DNA from: Tricharina praecox
Taxonomy: Eukaryota
Assembly: GCF_024521635.1 (NCBI RefSeq)
Contig: NW_026250406.1
Span: forward strand, 1,302,001-1,366,000
DNA length: 64,000 nucleotides
Direction of reading: 5' to 3'
The notes under the pieces are model-generated. The model was not told the origin of the DNA, searched no databases, and worked only from the letters and a program-made list of their open reading frames with translations. Both the position numbers and the translations under genes were made by a program. Below are positions 1-12,525 of the stretch, one piece after another; the first letter of the stretch is position 1; each line of letters starts with the position of its first letter.

Positions 1-1506
1 AAGTCGGGGATCGCAATCGAGCGCTGGAACTGTAAGCGGATGTCAAAGAAGATGCGACGAAGAAAGGGTAGAGCGTTCCGGATCTCAGGTGTCCACCTAT
101 TCATCATCCTCGGACGAAAACAGATGGGCCCCGCCGTTTCCTCATCCTGCCCTGACCCTTTACTAGAACCAAAGAAACGGGTATCACAAGGTCCAGCTTG
201 CATGCTGCGCTGTTCATTCAGCAATGTTTCGATTGTTGCTGTGGCGGGATGGTGTAGTACGCGGTGGCAAAGGAGAGACTTGGGACACACTCCCAGTAGC
301 TCCAACGAGCATCGCGACAGCAACAACGACCTCCCTCAGACCCTCCACTGCGATGAAACACTACTCCCTTGCCGTCTCGGCGGACAAGAAACGGGCGATG
401 ACATTGACAAGAGCGTGATCTTACGGTCGGCGACAACGTGGGCTTGCGCGACCGTGCCATCACTGCAGATGGAGTAGTTATGCTCGAACATTCGGCGACG
501 GCCGGGTAGAGTTGGCAACGATGGATCTCATTCAATCGGGCTTGAAGATCTTCGACGATCTTGGTAGGCGATTTGGTGACTGTTTAGGGGTGGCGGAGGA
601 ACGATGTCGCGGGCGACTGGGAGAGGCACCGTGAACAGCGGGGCGAGCTGTATATCTTTCCGACGTAATGTTCACGTATGCGAACGCGGCTGCTAGAAGA
701 GAACATGGCGCTGAGGCTGAGACGGCGAAGCTTTGGAACCGAGTCCGAAGATCCGGGGATGGGTGGGGTTGTTTGTCGAGGGGTCGAGGGGTCAAGCTGG
801 AGCCTCATGTCGCGTGCACTGACGCCGAGTGTTATGTAAGCGATCATACATGTGCACAATGGGGCATATAGTAGATGCACATCCATGATTTCGAAGAACT
901 GACATTGCGGCGGTAGCACTTCACAAACATTTGTCTTCCTCTGAAAAATTTCTTACAATTCTCAAATGTCCGCTTCATTGCTCCCACGCGTCTCCATGCT
1001 CTTGCTGGCACTCGGGCTTACGTGATACCTGTTTGTCCGTGGTCTTGGCATATCGTAGAGCCTCACCTACACACTTTATCGCCATTTGGCTCACCACTCT
1101 TACACAAAACGTGATCGCGTCCCACCGAAATGCGCATCGAAAACGAGTTTCGATTCCTGTCCTTTCACGCCTCTAGCGAAATCTCGAACTAGCCTCCCGC
1201 TTCAAACCCACCACCACCACCACCTTCTCCTCTTTCTCTTCCTCTCCTCTTCCTCTTCTCTTTCTCTTCCTTACACTAGAACCCAAGTAACTCACCCACA
1301 CTTACTTGCACTTCTTTCGACCACCAACAACTCTCCCCCTCGCTCATCTACTTGTTCCTCACTGCAGCTGCACAAGTACATCTCTCTTCGCGCATACACA
1401 CTGAGCACATACAGTCTCTCGAACCCCACGCTCCCGAACCCCCCGTCGTCCGTCGCACGTCCGTAAGGCTGCCCCGAGTCCGACGTCAACACACAACCCA
1501 CGAGAG

Positions 1507-1703
1507 ATGCCTGACAACTCCCGGGGCCGAAAGCGAAAGCAGCCCGCAACGCCGACTCCAACCAACCTCCGTCCCCCGCCCTACCACATCAACCCGAACG
1601 AAAACCGTGGTCCTTCCAACAGGGGAGGTCGCCAACAGCGTCGCGGTAATCCGAACACGCTACAGCAGCAACAACAACAACAACAGCAGCAGCAACAGCA
1701 GCA

Positions 1704-1762
<59 letters not shown>

Positions 1763-4700
1763 CGCAGCAGCAGTTACAACAGCAGCAACAGTATTCGCCA
1801 CCGATACAACGCGCGCCGCTAAACACGCGATTATCCATGCCTACTGCCGGCGATACCGCGTCGAATAACAGTCCTATCCTGCCTTCGAACCCTCCTCCTC
1901 CCCCAACGCCTCTGATCCCGGTTACATCGAGTCGAAGCTCTGCGACGACGCCGGCGATGGATACCACCGACGATGTCCAATTTCACACTCCGGTGGACGA
2001 CAAGCCTAAGCAATTCTACCATTGGGACTTCGTGACTGACGATTCACTGAAAGACTGGAGTGGCGCGACTTCCGCAGTGATCAAGGAGCAGCTTAATGAG
2101 CTCGCGTCCGATAAGACTAATGACATCGAGATTTCAGTTATCTTCCAGGAGCTGATCAGAACCGCGGTCGACGGCCGGCTATCGCCTTTCATGGTCGCGC
2201 GTTTCCTTCAAGACTATTTCGAGACCCACGACCCGAACGCCAGCCAGTTGGATGTTCGCCGCATCTTCTTACAGTCGGTCGGAGTTTTCGAGCCGCTGGA
2301 GACTACCGCTTACCCACCCGAATCGCTGGTTAAGTTACTGAAGGGATTGACCCCGCGACCGTTTTCGGAGGTCGAATTGTCAAAATACCTCGAAGGGAAC
2401 ACTCTCTCCATGCTGAATATTGTGTCGAGTACGTACAGCAAGAAGGCCATTCGTGTTACTACCGCGATGGTCTACAAGCAGCGGAAACATAATCTTTTAC
2501 GCGAGGAGACCGAGGGCTTTTCGAAGCTCATCACCGAGTTCTTTACGGCTTCATATTCGGCGCAGCCATTGGAAGTTGTGGGGAGGACCGGTGAGAGAGT
2601 GAAAGGTCTGATTGGTGCGTTTGAGCTGGATCCGGGAAGAGTATTGGATATTCTGCTGGATACGGCGGCTTGCACGGTGGTTTCGAATGCCAGATTTTTT
2701 GTCCGGCTACTCAAGTGTTCCGCCTGGTGGCCTCAGCAGCTACAGGGTGTCGTCGAGGAAGAAACCCAGAAGGGCCGGTCGAAAGAAGAGAAGGAACGAG
2801 AGAAGGAGCAAGAGAAGGAACGGGCGGATCGGGAATTCTTCGACAAGCTGGGCCGGGACGGCATCTCCACTTTCTTCGAGAACCTGGACAAGGGAACTGG
2901 AAATAAGGTCGCAGCGCAGCTGTTGGGTTTCAAGTTCCGGTACTACCAGAAGGAAGAAGTCAACGATCCGACTCCTGAAAATCTGCTCGTGCTCTCAGCA
3001 TTGCTAATCAAGATTGGTTTTATCGACTTGGCCGATCTCTACCCCCACCTTGCGCCCCTAGACGATGAAGGCATGATGTCGGTGCTTTATGCGTGGAGAG
3101 CGAAGCTCGACGAGAAACAAGTTGACCGGAAGCGGAACGCGCTGATGATGGCCGGTGCTTTGGCGGACGATACTGCCCCTTCTATGCGGGGGATGAAACC
3201 GAACGGCAACGCTGGAAATGACGATAAGAAGGCGGAGGAACAGAAGAAAGAAGAAGAGGCGAAGCCGAAGAAGGACGACAACCAGAAGCTTGTGCTGCTG
3301 AAGTATCTTTTGGCCGTCGGCGCCCTTCCAGAAGCAATGTTTATTCTCGGCAAGTATCCGTGGTTACCGGGTCCGTCGGACGACATCACCGAACACCTCG
3401 CGCGAGTCATCACCCAGTCTTTGGAGGGCATTTACCCTTCTCACAGTCCGCCGAATATCGAAATGGGATCCAAGGTCATAGCTTCGACACAGACAGGAAA
3501 GACAGGCGGTGTCCAGAGAGACCAGCAACCTCGGCGGAAGCCAATGGTTACATTCACGGTTTCCAATTTGAAGCTCAAGACCGGGGACATCGAATACCGG
3601 TTCTTCTGGGAAGAGTGGAAAGAAGGCGTACCGATATGCAGAGAACCGAAGCATGTTGTTGTCTTGATGGAAACGCTCGGCCGGGTTCTCGGAGTGAGGA
3701 TTGGCCGCGATGCGGGAGTCATCACCAAAGTTTGTCGCATAGGACGTGACCGCCTTCGGAGCCCCTCGTGCACACCAGAAGAGAGACAGTCGTGGATCGG
3801 CCTGGCTAGAAGCCTGTTGGTCCCCGCGATCAGTTTGACGGACGGAAATCAAGGCATTGTCAACGAAATCTGGAAGCTGCTCGAATGTTTCTCTACCCAG
3901 ACAAGATACTCCCTCTATGGAGAATGGACTTCGGTCACCAGCAAACGCATTCCCGAACTCAAGAATGAAGTCGCGGCGACGGAGCGGAAGACGAGAGATC
4001 TCCTGAAGCGTATCAGCAAAACGAACGTGACCAAGATGGCGATGGAGCTGGCGAAGATTGCTACCAGTAATCCGGTCACCGTCATGCAGATTGTCTTGGG
4101 TCAGGTCGAAGGTTACGATAACCTGATCGAGTGTGTGGTCGATGCTGCGCGGTACTTTACGCCGCTCGGATTTGATGCCGTGGGCTTTTGTGTTTTGAAT
4201 AGGTAAGTTCAATCAGTGGTGGTGGCGGGATTATTGTGCAGTCGCTAACATATGGGTCATAGCATGAGCAACGAAAACAAGATGAGAGTGCAGGCCGATG
4301 GAATGTTAACCAGTAAATGGCTGCAATGTATGTCCCTCTCCACCGCAAATTGTGTTACCGGTCATGTATGCTAACGTATGTCCCAGCCCTCGCCAATTTT
4401 TGCGGCAAGATCTACACCCGATATCACAAAAAGATGGATACTGGTCCTATCCTCGAATACGTCGCCCGGCAATTGAAACGCAATCGCTCTGTTGAGTTAA
4501 TTGTCTTGCAGCAGTTGATGCAGTCTATGGCTGGCGTCAACCCCGAGACGAACCTCAACGATGCCCAATTGCAGGGTCTTGCCGGCGGCGAATGTCTTCG
4601 AAAGCAGATTCTCAAGGCGTTCCGCGATCGAAAGGCTGAGGATTCAGAAGCTACTGTGACCTCGCTCAAGAATGCGTTGCTGAACGAGAACCTTGCTTCG

Positions 4701-7700
4701 CAGTTGTTGATCCTGATCGCTCAGGAACGACAGACGTCGATCTTCCGCACAGAGTTGAGCTCCGCTCCTCTGAAGGTTCTTGCCAACCTTTTCGACGAGA
4801 TTCATGTGGTGCTCAGTCAGTACCTCGATCTCATGAAGATGTCTTTAACACCCGACCGTTTCCAGAGCGTCATCCCTAGTGTTGGTGCGCTTTGTCAGAA
4901 GTATGGTATCGAGCCGCCAATTGCTTGGTGGATCTACCGGCGTGGACTTCGGAGCAAGATGGATCGCGCGGAGTCTTTGGACAGTGAGGACGTTGAAATG
5001 AAGGATACCACGGTCGCCGAAGCAACAACGGACGCCCCCGAGAAAAAATCTCCGTGGAACCCGGTCTTGGAGAAGATGTTCGACGAGGTCAAGCAGATTC
5101 TCCCGGAGTCGGTATGGACTAAGATGAGCGTCGGTTTCTACATCACCTTCTGGCAGCTCGAGACATACGATATCCTCGTCTCCATAGATGCATATGGTAG
5201 CGAACAGGCCCGGCTAAAGGTACAAATCCAAGCGTTTCAGGAAGACAAGTCGGATACTTCCCTAGCTGGACAACGCAGGAAGAAGGAAAAGATTGACGAA
5301 AATACCAATCTAATTGCTCGCATTGGCGCAGAAGTCAAGGAGCATATGAGGCATCACCAAGTCGTGCGCCGTCGGCTGAACGTCGAGAAGGATCACTGGT
5401 TCAAGGACGATGGCTTCAATCAGCGAGAAATTACCGATGCTTTCATCCAACACTGCATCTTCCCGCGCATCATGATCTCCCCCAATGATGCTAGTTTTTG
5501 CTCCAGATTTATCCGAGAGGCTCACAGATTGGGAACCCCGAAATTCCATACCATCGGCGTGTACGACAGTATCTTCGGAAGAGGATTGAGCACAGTTCTG
5601 TTCATTTGCACCCAGCGTGAGGCGGAGAATTACGGGCGATTCCTGAAGGAGGTGCTTTACGATCTGCACGCATGGCACGGTAGCCGCGAGCTATACGAGA
5701 AGGAAGCCCACGGAAACAACAAGAACTTGGTTGGATTCAACGTCAAGGGTGCGCCTTTCGACTACGAGGACTTCCGGAAGATACTTTACAAGTGGCACAA
5801 GACTCTGCACACAGCGGTTAAGAACTGTCTATCGAGCAAGGAATACATGCACATTCGCAACGCGATAGTTGTTTTGAAGCATGTTGCAGACTTCTTCCCC
5901 GCCGTGGACTGGATCGGTAGAACGGTGGTGGAGCGCGTTGAGGACCTGGTCAAGAGCGAGAAGAGGGAGGATCTGAAGATTGCGGCAATGACTCTCCTTG
6001 GAATGCTGAAGAAGAGGGAAAAGGATTGGGTTATTGTTGCTGCGTTCCAGAAGAGCGAGGCACCCCCGGCGATGGCGAAGAATGATGGAAATAGTAAGCC
6101 CGGCACTCCCATGCAGCAGCAGCAGCAACGGCCAGTATTACGGCAGAATCCACCCAGGTTAGTTACACACCCAATCGAAGTTATCCGGATGGACGGCAGC
6201 TAAGTATATTTTTTTTCTCGAAGTTCTAGCGATTCCTCTTCCAATGCTCAGAGTCAGAACCAGAACCTGGCGAAGAGTTCGACTACTCCTGTCACGTCCT
6301 TGCCCTCGAAGCCGCAGATCGGTGATAAGGAGGATGGCGAAGTCGACGATCGACGAGGCGGTGGAAGGACTCTTCCAGTTGTGCCGAACCTTCCTCAGCG
6401 TCCGCAGCAGATTCCGGTTGGAAGGAGAGAGATGGCCACCCCGGTTAGAGAGCCTCCTCAACACCCACAGGGTCAGCAACCGTCGAATAATCGCGTTCCC
6501 ACTCCGAGAAACGATACGAGGCAGCAGCAGCCCAACGATATTCGTCGGCAGCAGCAAGAGATGACGCGGACGCCTTCTGGCCGTGGACTCGTCCAACCCC
6601 ACCCTCAGCATCAGCTTCCTGAGAGGCCTGATTTGCCCAGACAAACGACTCTTGAGAGGAGAGAGACGATCCGGGATGCCCGTGATCCGTCTAGACAGGA
6701 CAATCGGGGAAGACCAGAGAGCAGGTTGCCGGAGAAGCCGGTGGAACAGCGACGCCACTCTCCTCGTCGGGACTCAAGGGGCGACCCGCGAGATTCCAGA
6801 GACACCATGCCGCACCGCCATGAGCCTGAGCGACGTGGGCCGACGGGGAGGGAGGCCGAGTTCCAGCGTTCGGCTATGCCGCAACAGCTGAGGGACGAGA
6901 GGGGCCCCAGGAAGGATGAGCCTCCGAATATGGGGCGGGGCATGCAGCAACCCATGCCGGAGCCTGACGATCGGAGGATCTCAGGACGGGACGAGAGGGA
7001 CAGTCGCCGGCGCAGCGATCGCCATGAGCCTGCCCCCCAGAGTGGGAGGCTCAACGACTACCCGATGGACCGGGCCGACCATGGGGATCACAGGATGCCT
7101 CTGCAAGATCAGAGCATCCGGAAGCCGGAGGTTCAGCCAGCGCCGGCTCGGTATGGGGAGGACATGGTGGCTCAGCGTCAGCCGCCTGCTGGTCCTAGAT
7201 CGGCGGCGTTTGAGCGACGCAACCAGCCGTCGAAGGAGCTCTTCACGGGACCTCAAGCGGCGAACCAGATGCGGGCTCCCCCATCTGGTCCGTCGCATGA
7301 GCAGTTCCGCGAGGGAAGGCATCCTCCGGCTGGGAGCTACCATCAAGACCCCAACCACGGCCGGCTCAATCCTCCGGAGCCCGTGATCCCCAAGGGTCCC
7401 CGTGGGAGGGAGGCGCCGCTTGGTCCTAGAGGTACCGGGGGTGCCCAAGTTGGTGGCGGCGGAGCGGTGAACATCCGTGGCAGCGCCAACCAGGCCGCCC
7501 AGCAGCAGCAGCAGCAGCAGCAGCAGGCACAAGCCCAGGCTATGCCGCAGCAGCAGCAGTCGCAGCAGCAACAGCAGCAGCAGCAGCAGGTGCAATCTGC
7601 CCCTGCCACGCCACGATCTTCTGGGCCGGAGCGGAAGATCGAGATGCCACCGCCGAACGTTGAGCGCGGCGGTGCGGCCACCCCGGCCATTGACACGATC

Positions 7701-8447
7701 GGTATCCATCCCGATCGTCTCAAGGCCATGGGGGTGGCTGGCGGGCCGACCATCTCGCAGCAGCAGCAGCAGCAGCGCTCGGTGCCTGGCACCACTCCGT
7801 CCGCTCCTCCTTCCGGTCCCCGCGCAGATCCGCCTGCCGCCACGCCGACTCCTTCCGCTCTGGTACCTCCTGCGCAGAAGGCCGCGAGTCCGCCTACCGG
7901 ACCGGCCCGAAGCGAGGAGGCTCGCAACAATCGCCGGCGCATTCTCAATGTGCAATCACACCTCGCCGGCGATGAGCGCGAGATCCGGGGACGGGGCCGT
8001 CGGACTGGTGGCGGAGGCGGTGGCAGTGCGGCGACGACCCCGACCACTTCCGCTGCTCCCCCGAGCCTCCTCAGCCGAACCGGTTCTGCTGCCGACCTGA
8101 CCGGCGCAGTTCCGGAGGAGAGAGAACCCCACTCTCGCCGCGGTTCTGAGGAGCACACTCCGCGCAGCAGCCGCCACCATCGCTCCGAGCGTGACCGGGA
8201 GCACCGGGAACGCAGAGAGGGTGACTCCCGCAAGGGTAGTGACCGTGGCGGCAGCGGCAAGGAGCGTGAGCGGGAGAGGGAGGGGCGGAGCCGGCGCGGG
8301 GAGGAGCGCGAAGAGAGGAGAGAGAGGGAGAGGGAGAGGGAACGGGATGTTAGCAGGAAACATCCCCGACCCGAAGACCCGAAGCGGGAGGGCGGCGGCG
8401 GCGACGAGGTGAAGCGTCGGAGGAGGGGGGGTGGTGAGAGGTGGTGA
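1507..8447 (+). CDS. THO2: THO complex subunit 2 (Tho2/Rlr1), ~2251 aa, 4 exons
   Basis: Three long ORFs plus a 65-nt exon join in frame via GT-AG introns 4203-4262, 4328-4386 and 6158-6223. Motifs typical of Tho2: YKQRKHNLLREETEGFSKL, GAFELDPGRVLDILLD, GNKVAAQLLGFKFRYY, VQADGMLTSKWLQSLANFCG, CTQREAENYGRFL, EYMHIRNAIVVL. Long low-complexity R/D/Q/P-rich C-terminus. The start could alternatively be the ATG at 1837. Confidence 0.95.
1663..1791 (+). repeat. CAG/CAA microsatellite encoding the N-terminal polyQ tract of THO2
   Basis: Visible run of CAG/CAA codons giving about 40 Gln with P and L interruptions. Confidence 0.95.
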
Positions 8448-10250
8448 GGCCCTGGCGGAGATGGGGGCGGGGGGGTGAGAGGTGTTGAGGCCTTGGCGGA
8501 GATAGGGGGTGGGGGGTGTACGGGGGTGAAAATGGGGTAGGGACTGTACGATAGACGGAGATGGGAGGGTGGAGGGGGTGTGTTGATGCCATAGTTCCTT
8601 TTTTCAATTTCCGTTGGCCTGAAAATGGTCATTTGCTTGACATTCGTTTTCTTTTTTTCCTTGAGTTTTGAGTACATTTTTTTTTGCATACATGCATATG
8701 GGGGGGGGGTTTGGGCGGTGGCGAGAATAGTAATTTTCGGGTTGAGACACTTCACATATGGGCGTCACGTCAATGCAGTGATCATTATTGAGACTTCTTC
8801 ACATCTGGTGAATGCGCGTGCGTGACTTCGCGATGTCCGGGACGAGCTCGGCGAGCGTTTGGCACGCTTTACGGTACGACTACGGGATGTGAAAGACATG
8901 GGGTAAATGGCGGTGAAGAGACTGTTGAGTCGGTTGTGGGAGATATGGGGAGGAGGGCAGACGTTGGTAGTAATGGGAAGGCCGGCAGTCTTCACGAAAG
9001 TGGAGTTGATCGCGAGAGGGCGTAGCAATGGTCGGGAAGGTCCCGGGGAGGGGCCGCCTTCCGGTCACGTTGGAAGCCTCTTGATGGACCGTGCCATACC
9101 GTACATACTGTAAAGCATGACTACCGAAAGCTCAATTATTGGAGATCACGATTGAAGACCGAGAAATTAGAATCGAAGTGTCCTTGGCTGTCCAAAAAGT
9201 TAAAATAAGATGCAGCACAAGACCGACTGAATAGACGTAAGTAATTATGTACGAGGTTTAGGCTGCATGAAAACGGGCAGTTCCGGTGTAAAACGGGCCC
9301 TGTCACTGGTCAGCTTTTCGTTACCGGGGATGGGGACGGCTTTGTGTGCTGGGCACCATCTGATCTCAATGGCAATTTCAGGCGCTCTGTGTCGTAGAGT
9401 GGCAACTAACTAATTGTGATGCAAGATTCCTGCATTGTGTATGCTGTTGTACTGGTAATATCTCACTCGTTGCTTAGTCGCTTACACAGACATGAAGGCG
9501 GGAAGCACTGACCGCCCATGTACCACCCCTCTTTTCTGTTTTCTCTCGAGGCTTTAGACTCAATATAATACTTGTTCATACTTGGTACTTTCCAACATGT
9601 GCAATCACTCGGAGAGCGAGTGATATACCGTACCCGACTCCAGCAAAAGTTCGTACTGTGTGCCTATCTACTAGTAATAGTATCTCTCGACCTCAAGAAT
9701 CATGAATGTGTGTGAGAGAGAACATCAATTTATTGTCGCATGCACTTACTAGACTATGGCAACCACCAACTTCCCAGCCTTTCCTTCTAGCTCCGCGGGG
9801 TCGAGAGAAAGCTCTACCAGCACTGGTCGTCGCCTCGCTGCTCGGTCCACTTCATATGGATCGCTGTGAGGGCATGTCCTGACTTCAGCTGGTAGTACCG
9901 GGCGGCCAGCCGCTTCGGGACTCTCCCTGGAGTTGGGTCGATTGTCTTCATCTTCGTCGGTATTTTGAACCTCTTATGTGTGATGCGCGCTGCTGACCAT
10001 TGTATACCTAGCTTCTTTCCATTTCTCGTCGCTTATCCGCCGCTTGAGGTGAATCATGAATGTGCCACCTACTACCACAAGCCCCCACGCAACAATCGAA
10101 TGATCGGGAACATGAAACGCCAGATGGAAATACATTGCCAGGAACCGCATACTCTACCATAGTCTGAGGGTTCACTTACATGTGTACAACCGTATCATAG
10201 GCGGCGACAACGCGGTGTTCGGGTTTGCAGCTCTTAGTCGAATCTCGAAA

Positions 10251-10298
10251 GCTGTAGTCTACTCTAGCTGTAGACTACTCTAGCTGTAGTCTACTCTG
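10251..10298. repeat. short tandem repeat, ~16-bp unit (gctgtagtctactcta) x3
   Basis: gctgtagtctactcta gctgtagactactcta gctgtagtctactctg. Confidence 0.85.
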
Positions 10299-11199
10299 GT
10301 AGGACTCTGCTGGTGCTGATTTGCGCGGCCCAGTCCTCCCTAACTACTCATTCAAGGAAATTGATGCTTAAAACATCGAGCTGTTCGATGGCTTGTTGCT
10401 GGAGCTGCTTTGCCGGTCCTACTTGAGGGTTGGTGCTTAAAACGCTGAGCTGGTTGATCACCAACGGCTAACTTCCACCTGTCATCCGTGGAGGATGGTT
10501 AGCTCATACCTCAATTACCGGTATTCTGCCGTGCTGAGCCGCGAGCGCGTACATACCCTCCATTTGCGCTGCACGGCAGTCGGTCGCGACGATTGCGCTT
10601 GGACTTGCCCGTATCTCTGCAGAGTACGAAGTAGTCGTGCTCGATCGAAGGGCTAGTCGTTCCTCGAGTAGACGGTGGCTAAGACCTTCCAACAGTTACC
10701 GGTTACCAGTGGGCGGATAGTAGCCTGGAGGTGGTTCGCCTGGGTTTCCGGCTGTAGAATTCGCAGTTGCTAGTGCACTGTGCAGTTTGCTCACGATCTT
10801 TCTCCAGCTCAACCATCAACGAACGGTTAAACCGCCTGGGAAGTGAGGAACCAGAAGTCCGAGTTTACAAGTTGCAGCCGCCTCTCATCTGGTACAGTGG
10901 TACAGTTGGTCTTCGGCCAGGAATTGACGAGAGTGCGTCGAAGGTGGCCCGATAGCTAGTGTGGAGCGAGATGTCCGGTGACCGTAGAGAAGACACTGGA
11001 GCCTTTCTTGCTTGAGAACCAGCGGCCAGCTAACCACCGCAAGAGTAACAGGTGTAATTACAGTCCCCCTTCTTGGCTGCGCATTCGACCATACACCTAC
11101 AGGCTCTAAACTGTCAGCGGTGAGGATTTCATAGGTACAGCAGTGAATACCTACTTGTCGTGCGTTTTTGTCCTTGTTGCCGATTTACCATATACTCAA

Positions 11200-11400
11200 G
11201 GTATCGCCTGATATGCAATGGCGATGTTGTAGTCTGGGAAATTGGAAGGATCCAATAGACTGGTCCTGCTGGGTTGCTGTAGTTGATATTACCGTCCAGG
11301 TATCGCCTGATATGAAATGGCATTGTTGTGATCTGTGAACTTGGAAGGAGTCGAAGGACTAGCCCTGCTTGATCATTGCCGTTGATATAGTGTCGGTATG
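11200..11400. repeat. degenerate 99/96-bp tandem repeat, 2 units plus the start of a third
   Basis: ggtatcgcctgatatg[c/a]aatggc..tgttgt...ttggaagga...gact...cctgct...gttgatat at 11200 and 11299; ggtat recurs at 11395. Confidence 0.8.
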
Positions 11401-11565
11401 ATCGGTTTTTGTGGTGGTGGATGTGAAAGGTCGAGAACACCATGGAATTTTGAACGTTTGCCGAATCAAACAACAGCAATCTTTCCATATCATTCCATTC
11501 CACTATACTTGTCCAACACATTCTATCCACTTCGCCTCTTCCCTCGGTACACGTTCACCCCTCCA

Positions 11566-12350
11566 CTACAGCCCCCCCACCTCCGCCACCTCATCCCCTC
11601 CCTCCCGCAGCACGCTCATCACATCCTCGATCCCCGCAACCGCACCAAAGATCCCGCCCTCGCACGCGACCATGTCCAGCGCCGCTTGCCCTAGTTCCTC
11701 CACGGCGGCGGCACACGCCTCCCTAACAAGCAGACACTCAATCCCCCTATCATCCGCGTCCCTCATAGTAGTATGGACACACACATCCGTCGTAACACCC
11801 ACAATAACCAACTTCGTCACACCCCTGATTCTCAGCAACAGCTCAAAGTCCGTATTCGCGAACGCGCTTCTACCCGGCTTATCGATCACCGGCTCCCCAA
11901 ACCATGGGTATAGCTCGGGTATGATATCGTGCCCGGCCTCGCCACGGATCAGTAGGCGGCCCATGGGGCCCGCGTCGCCGATTCCTAGTCCTGACGGATT
12001 CCTCCGTGACCGGAATAGTTCTCGCGGCGTGCAGTCCGACAGGTCTGCGCGGTGGCCCTCGCGCGTGTGGTATACGGGCCAGCCCTTCGATCGCCACAGG
12101 GAGAGGAGCCGCGCGATGTGCGGGATTGGCGCGCGCATGGGAAAAATGGGGTAGCCTTGGTGCGCGAGGTAACCGGTGGAAGTGCAGACTGTTCGGCTTG
12201 GTCAGCGGGAGTGGGGGAGAGTGACGGGGAGGGTGGGGGTGCACAGTCGTTCTGCATGTCGATTATTACCAGCGCTGTGCTACTGGCGAGGTCCCCGTCG
12301 TGCGGCCAGGCGTAGGGGTGCGCGGGTATGTGGAGTTTGGGGTCCGGCAT
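11566..12350 (-). CDS. isochorismatase-family cysteine hydrolase (biuret/guanylurea hydrolase-like), ~242 aa, 2 exons
   Basis: Intron 12189-12244 (GTGCAC...GCTGAC...AG) joins MPDPKLHIPAHPYAWPHDG..ALVIIDMQND to FCTSTGYL... Catalytic D (IDMQND), K (IDKPG) and C (TTDVC) are present, with HTREGHRADLSD and GRLLIRGEAGHDII motifs typical of the BiuH-like clade. Confidence 0.9.
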
Positions 12351-12525
12351 GGCGCGGGATCTCGAGGCCGGTCGGGATCGGGGTTGGGTACACGGACGGT
12401 GTCTGGTCGGTGGTGTAGATATCTTGAGACGGAGAAACACCTCCGAGCTTCGAAGGTGGGGGTGGGGTGCCGGCATGCAGCTATCCCTCCATCCTTGTCG
12501 TCCCCTCTGGTGTGGTGGAAATAAT

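Noticed and set aside
1..920. Several overlapping short ORFs upstream of THO2
   Set aside because: No recognisable motif or convincing splice structure; cannot support a gene call.
6981..8755. Long antisense ORFs (324 and 470 aa) with poly-Cys/Leu
   Set aside because: Shadows of the GC-rich low-complexity THO2 C-terminal exon.
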